Shown here: piece after piece, positions 58,347-64,000 of the stretch
Layout: each line of letters begins with the position of its first letter
How positions within the stretch are numbered: position 1 is the first letter of the stretch
Assembly: GCF_009914755.1 (NCBI RefSeq)
Contig: NC_060941.1
DNA from: the human T2T-CHM13v2.0 reference genome, Homo sapiens
Strand: one strand, 5' to 3'
DNA length: 64,000 nucleotides
Position numbers and translations under genes: made by a program
The notes under the pieces: model-generated
Seen by the model: the letters and a program-made list of their open reading frames with translations, nothing else
Told to the model about the DNA's origin: nothing
The model's database searches: none

Positions 58347-59383
58347 AGTGAACCATATTTATCTGGTTATATAAAACTAAAAATGGGGGTGTTTATATAA
58401 AACTAAAAACTAAGAATGATGTAACCTTTTGTCTGTGTTATCTGAACACTCTACTTCCTTTGCAGCCTTAGTCACACAACTGAGTCATCTCAAGTACTCT
58501 TTAAGGACACACAGCCCAGGCTGTTCTGAGTCAGAATAGGCCCCTACAGGTATATTTTAAAACTCTTCGTAATTCTAATGTGTACTGCTGGTATAGCTGA
58601 ACTACTGACCTGGATCTTAGTCCTAGCCTTTTTGCTTTTGCAATTTCAGTATCTTCATCTCTAAACTAGGGAAACACTGGGATTCTTTCTTAGCTGTGGG
58701 GGAAGGTATTTGGTTAGATGACTTTGAATGAATAGACTGCTGTGCTGAAAGAGCTTTATCACACTGTCTCAAAGTATGTAAAGATACATAGGTGGATGCT
58801 CTTACTGCAGCAGTCATGAATACATTTTTAGCCATTTACCTAAGGAAAAAGACAGTTTTTCTAGGTACCATGAAGGAAGATTGACCCTGTTGGTATGCCT
58901 GTGGGGGTGGGATGTGAGTGGGACTGATAAACTGATACTTTTGGTTCGTATGTACATACTGGAAGAATCTTCATAATAAATGAGACTACACAACAATATT
59001 GTATGTATCCCAGTAATCTTTGCATTTCTCAAAAAAAAAAAAAAAAAAAAAAAAAAAACTTTCTGAAGAAAATAAAAACACCAGAAACCTTGAGGTCCAA
59101 ATCCTCAGGGATTAGACTAAAACTAGAGTTTTGTATGTTGCAGATGTAAATTTCTTCCTATTTTCTGTCTAATCTCATATTATTTACCATGCAGCTAATG
59201 CCGTTTACCAAGTCTAGCTCAGAGAGATAAGATACAATATAAATCAGACTGTTTCAGTAGAAACCAGTATTAACGTATGGTGATTTCTTAAAAAAATTAA
59301 TGTCAACCACTCACCTTTTGCATTGAGAATGTTTTTACCTTTTCACAACTGCAGGGGTTACTGAAAGGTTTTTCATTCCAAGT

Positions 59384-59397
59384 TTTATTTATTTATT
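59384..59397 (-). terminator. NCOR1: NCOR1 candidate distal poly(A) signal cluster
   Basis: Three overlapping AATAAA hexamers on the minus strand (tttatttatttatt on plus). Confidence 0.55.
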
Positions 59398-60165
59398 AAT
59401 TTTAAATCATCCACAGTGACTCAGCTCATGGTCTCGTTGTTGGAAACACTAGGAGTTTTCAGGACAGTCTCTTCATGTGGGTGTTTTCATTACAGTTCAT
59501 TTACACTGTTGTAAAATAAGGTACTGAAGCAAAAGGAGGACTGATCTCCTTTACTGATTGGTCTAAATTCAAAAGTGAATTGGTTAAAATCGTGTCATTA
59601 AAATTTTTTAACTGTCCAATGGTCACTGGAGTTTTCTGGGCATAAATATTTTTAAAATAGAATCACTCAGTGTACCAAAATTAAAAGCATTATGAAATTT
59701 GCAGTCATAAACATGCAGTGGAAAACTGGCTGTCAGAATACTTTTATGAAGAGTATTAGGAAGACCTTAATTTAGTTCTGGGTGCTAAAAAAATCACGTG
59801 TAAGGATATAGTGTCAGAACACTGAAATCTAAGTCTACAAAGAATATCATGTTTTGGTTTGCAGTGAACCACAGTAAGTTGTCAGTGCTGCTCTGTGCTT
59901 ACCACTTAAATCATGATAAGGTGAACCTCCATAGGTAAACCATGTGAGAATTCTGTCCTTTCATTTATTTTGAACCAAGAACTATTATTGGATTTTAACT
60001 CTCATTCTGAGATTTCTTCTCCAGGTGATGGTAAATAAAGTAATACGCACATGCATTATGATGAGGATGGAGGGAGTGGTTCACAGCACCTCACCTTCGG
60101 GTCCTCAGGTAGAACTGCAAGAGTAAGAAGTTAGGCTCTGATCTGACATGTTCTCAGAAACTATA

Positions 60166-60586
60166 CGGTTGACCTTCAAATAATGCAGGAGTTAGGGGCA
60201 TAGACCCCCTAAGTAGTCAAAAATCCACATCTAACTTTGACTCCTCCAAAACTTAACTACTCATGGCCTACTGCTGACCAGAAGTCTTACGGATAACATA
60301 GTCGATTGACACATATTTTGTATATGTATTATATACTGTATTCTTACAATAAAGTAAGCTAGAGAAGAGAAAATGTTTGTTAAGATTATAAGGAAGAGAA
60401 AATATATTTACTATTCATTAAGTGGAAGTGGATCATCATGAAGGTCTTCATCCTTGTCATCTTCATGTTGAATAGGCTGAGGATGAGAAGGGGTTGGTCT
60501 TGCTATCTTGGGTGGCAGAGGTGGAAGAAAATCCATGTATAAGTGGACCCACACAGTTCAAACCCGTGTTGTTCAAGGGTCAACTG
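60166..60586. mobile_element. Tigger2a-like DNA transposon within the putative long NCOR1 3' UTR
   Basis: TA|CGGTTGACCTTCAAA ... TTGTTCAAGGGTCAACTG|TA TIRs. Confidence 0.82.
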
Positions 60587-61634
60587 TATTCTGACTCAGA
60601 ATAGCTTAAGACCCTCAGGGTCATAGAAAAATACCATCATAATCTCTTTTATGGTAGGTTGGCAATATAAATTATTAACAAACTCTAAAATATTACCAGT
60701 ACCTGAAAAAAAAAAATTCAGCAGAAAACTGTGAAGTGGAACATTTAGTCACTGTTTTTCATTCATTTTGAAATTTTTATATGTTTACATATATCTGTTG
60801 TAAAAAATACCAACTTTCCAAGTACTAGGAATGCTGACCACTAAGCCTGATCTAAAGTTTATGTTGGGGACCTCAGGTATACAGGAGTGGAACAGGGACA
60901 GGAGTGAAAGCTTTGACTGAAGACAAATGTGGGCTTATGGCCTATCTCTGTCACTAATTTAACTATATGGGCAAAGTACTAAACCTGTGTCTTCATCTGT
61001 AACATAGGGATTAGACACCAGTGATAGGAGGGTCTTGGTCAGTAGCTAATCACAGAGCTGCTTCCTTAAAAGCCTTGAGTACTTTTGTTTAAAAGTTTAG
61101 GTCTACTTGAAAGTCTGTAAAGTGCTAATTTTTATCATCCTGAGAGATCTGTTTCTCCCCTTTCCAGTTACCAGTGGCATTCTCCCAAAACTGTTAGTAT
61201 CTATGTTATAGAAAGATACTTAAATGCTATGATAAATTGTATGAAAAAAACTTTAAAATTCAGCAAGCAATTCTTAATGAAAGATAAAACTGGCCCTCTA
61301 GTACCATAATTAGTTTAGAATTCAGTCTTTTAAATTATTTGCACCTTGAGACTCTGTGAAATGAAAACATTTAACAGTAAACTCTTGTCCCAAGGGAGCA
61401 AAGTGAGAGTAAATGCTGGTCCATAGTGATGGGGAAAAAGGACTGTGTTCACCATGAGTTTTTCAGGATGCAGCATAAAGCTTATCTAAATACTACACAG
61501 ATCATTATCTTTTAACCCAACCAATCATATATTCAAACTAAGGGAAAAATATGTAAGCTTTTCCTTTGGAACCTGAGACACCAGGAGCCTTAAACCACAA
61601 ATAATCTACTGTAGCTATGGACAGGGTAGTCAAA

Positions 61635-61640
61635 TTTATT
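61635..61640 (-). terminator. NCOR1: NCOR1 candidate proximal poly(A) signal
   Basis: AATAAA on the minus strand, about 870 nt after the stop. Confidence 0.65.
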
Positions 61641-62507
61641 TCAAAACAAAAGCTTTGTTGGGCTGCATCAAATGCAGGAGAAAAGGAATACTTAGGGGCA
61701 TGGTTAAATTACCAGTGTGCGTAACAGTGAGGTATGCCTCAAATAAGCCTTTAAAACTTTATAAACTGAACTAGAACATACCCATGCAGTAATATTTTTT
61801 CAGTGCTACTAATGAAAAAAAAAAATTAAAGCCTGCACTGGAAATTTACAATATGGCAGAATTTGTTACTTTTACCTTTTGACCCTAATGTACAGATTTT
61901 ATGACAGGGTCTGTGTTAAAAATCTAAACATTTTCACAAGATTTTAAACATCACTGGAAAGCTGAATTTAGAGGAAACAATATCAGATAAAAGTACAATG
62001 CCCGTGACAGCCAACATTATGTAACTGGGCTGTATGAGGTTGTTTAGAAGGCTAGGGTTAAAAAGATAGATAGACAAAAAGATTTTTAAAAATCACCCCC
62101 AAAGTTGATGCGCTGATTTGAACATAAGTACACCAGATACTACAGCAAGGGGATATACACTGCAAAAAGGTCATCTATTTACAGAAGAGTGATTTAAAGA
62201 CATTATGGTTTTCTTTACAGATGTAAGAACAGCAACTGTTCACTTTTTAAAAACTCTACATCTCAACCCTCCACTATTATTATAGTCCACTGAATTGCCT
62301 GTATCAAAGGCAGTTTTTTGTTTGTTTTTTTCCCATTTGACTCTCCAAATGAACTTCCATCATTTCTTCATCATCTGTGGGCTGGCTCTCCTGAAAAGTC
62401 TCAGGGAATAAGTCACAGGAGGGCAGGTTTTTGACCTGCTACTAAAAATTAAACCACAAAAACTAGAGATCCCTCTCCTGCACCCTGTTCCCCTCACTTT
62501 GTGCAGT

Positions 62508-62695
62508 TCAGTCATCACTATCCGACAGGGTCTCGTACTGTGCTGAGAGCAGTGGGGCAGGCTCTCGCTCCCAGATCCTGTTCTGTTGGTGAGGAGCTGC
62601 TTGGTTCACCGCAGAGGGAGCACATGCAATCGGTGTTGGTGGAGTACTGCTGAGCATCCGCATAGTCAGAGGGTTATAAGGAAACTGAGTTGAGC
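62508..62695 (-). CDS. NCOR1: Nuclear receptor corepressor 1, last coding exon
   Basis: ttttgtcAG|GC TCA... (G)STQFPYNPLTMRMLSSTPPTP...REPAPLLSAQYETLSDSDD*. The C-terminal LSD motif of NCoR/SMRT binds the SPEN/SHARP SPOC domain. Confidence 0.97.
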
Positions 62696-63275
62696 CTGAC
62701 AAAAGAAAAATTAGGTTTTCATTGTCATGAACATAACTGGTATTTCATCCAATCCAACTTTTGTAGGATGGAGTAGAATAGGATTATTGTAAAATGGTCA
62801 TGTGACACCATGAAAGCAAAATGAATACAACACGGAATGGCCAAAGTCTCACCACTTAAATCCTAGCCAATGATATATAGCAGTCAGTGCGGGTCCAAAA
62901 AAGAAGAGTAACATGAGTAGCATATGAGTGAGGGCTGCTGAGCCCAGAAGAGAAAGCCCAGGCTAGATTTTTAGTTAAGTCTATATCAGATGTTTCCATG
63001 GAGAATCACAGAGTCAGGTTATAGCAAGAGCTTTCTTAACTCTTCAAGAGAAATGCAAGAGTATAGTTCTCAGACGACAATGGACAAGTACCCAGGAACG
63101 TCTGCAGACTGAGGGGCAGCAGGATGCAAGTCATCTGCTGAATCTCACTGGGCAGATTTTAAAGTCTACAAGATTGAGAAATGAGGTAATTAATGAACAC
63201 TGCTACCCTTCATCAGTTTCTAGATGTTTAACTGTCCCCAGAAAGCCTCCTACAGCTTAAGAAAACGCAAAAACA

Positions 63276-63620
<345 letters not shown>

Positions 63621-64000
63621 CTAATTAATTCTTCCCTAAGAGATCTGAGAAGCAGCAACCACTGGTCTGGGCTGTAAGCTTTCAAACTCAAAACAACCAC
63701 TTTGCATGTGACATGAGTTTTATAATGCAAAAGCCTGATATAATTTACATATATCTTACAGGGAAGGGCACATTTCAGATTTTTTTCAGTGACATATTTG
63801 TATTTAATCCTAAGGAAAAGATGGCTTATAATTCTCTGAAACTCTAAAATTCGTAATATCCCAGTTTTAAAAGTCTGTTGCTTTTTAAAGCTACTGTGAT
63901 CATAGTTATTACATACATTAAGTTTACAAATAGGCACAAAATAGAAAATAATAAGTATCCTGGAGTATTGTTTTTCATCAGTTTGTGTAAATGTAGTGAA

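Overview
Human (primate) genomic DNA that I recognise from the encoded proteins as the 17p12-p11.2 ADORA2B-ZSWIM7-TTC19-NCOR1 cluster. The window holds the last coding exon of ADORA2B (+), the complete 5-coding-exon ZSWIM7/SWS1 gene (-, 423 nt CDS, 140 aa), the complete 10-exon TTC19 gene (+, 1143 nt CDS, 380 aa) and the last exon plus 3' UTR of NCOR1 (-). ZSWIM7 and TTC19 share a CpG-island bidirectional promoter, with start codons 254 bp apart. All exon boundaries were read by hand at GT/AG sites, and the exon phases add up to intact reading frames. The introns are dense in repeats: about 50 Alus, a 5'-truncated SVA with a 15-bp TSD, a MER57 solo LTR, MLT1, L1, L2, MIR, and MER1, MER44/Tigger7, Tigger2, Tigger4 and MER75 (piggyBac) DNA transposon fossils. 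Most ORFs in the supplied track are Alu, SVA or CpG-island artefacts. I see no prokaryote-type system and cannot claim a new biological system. The best leads are: a ~185-bp, ~90%-identical non-Alu inverted duplication in ADORA2B intron 1; a sense SVA plus candidate poison exon in the ZSWIM7 intron that splits the SWIM zinc ligands; a candidate spliced ZSWIM7 3' UTR; alternative in-frame TTC19 start codons around the mitochondrial presequence; a sense piggyBac (PGBD4-like) remnant in TTC19 intron 7; and potentially overlapping TTC19/NCOR1 3' ends. Repeat family names come from recall of consensus sequences, and repeat boundaries are approximate unless a TSD or TIR is cited.
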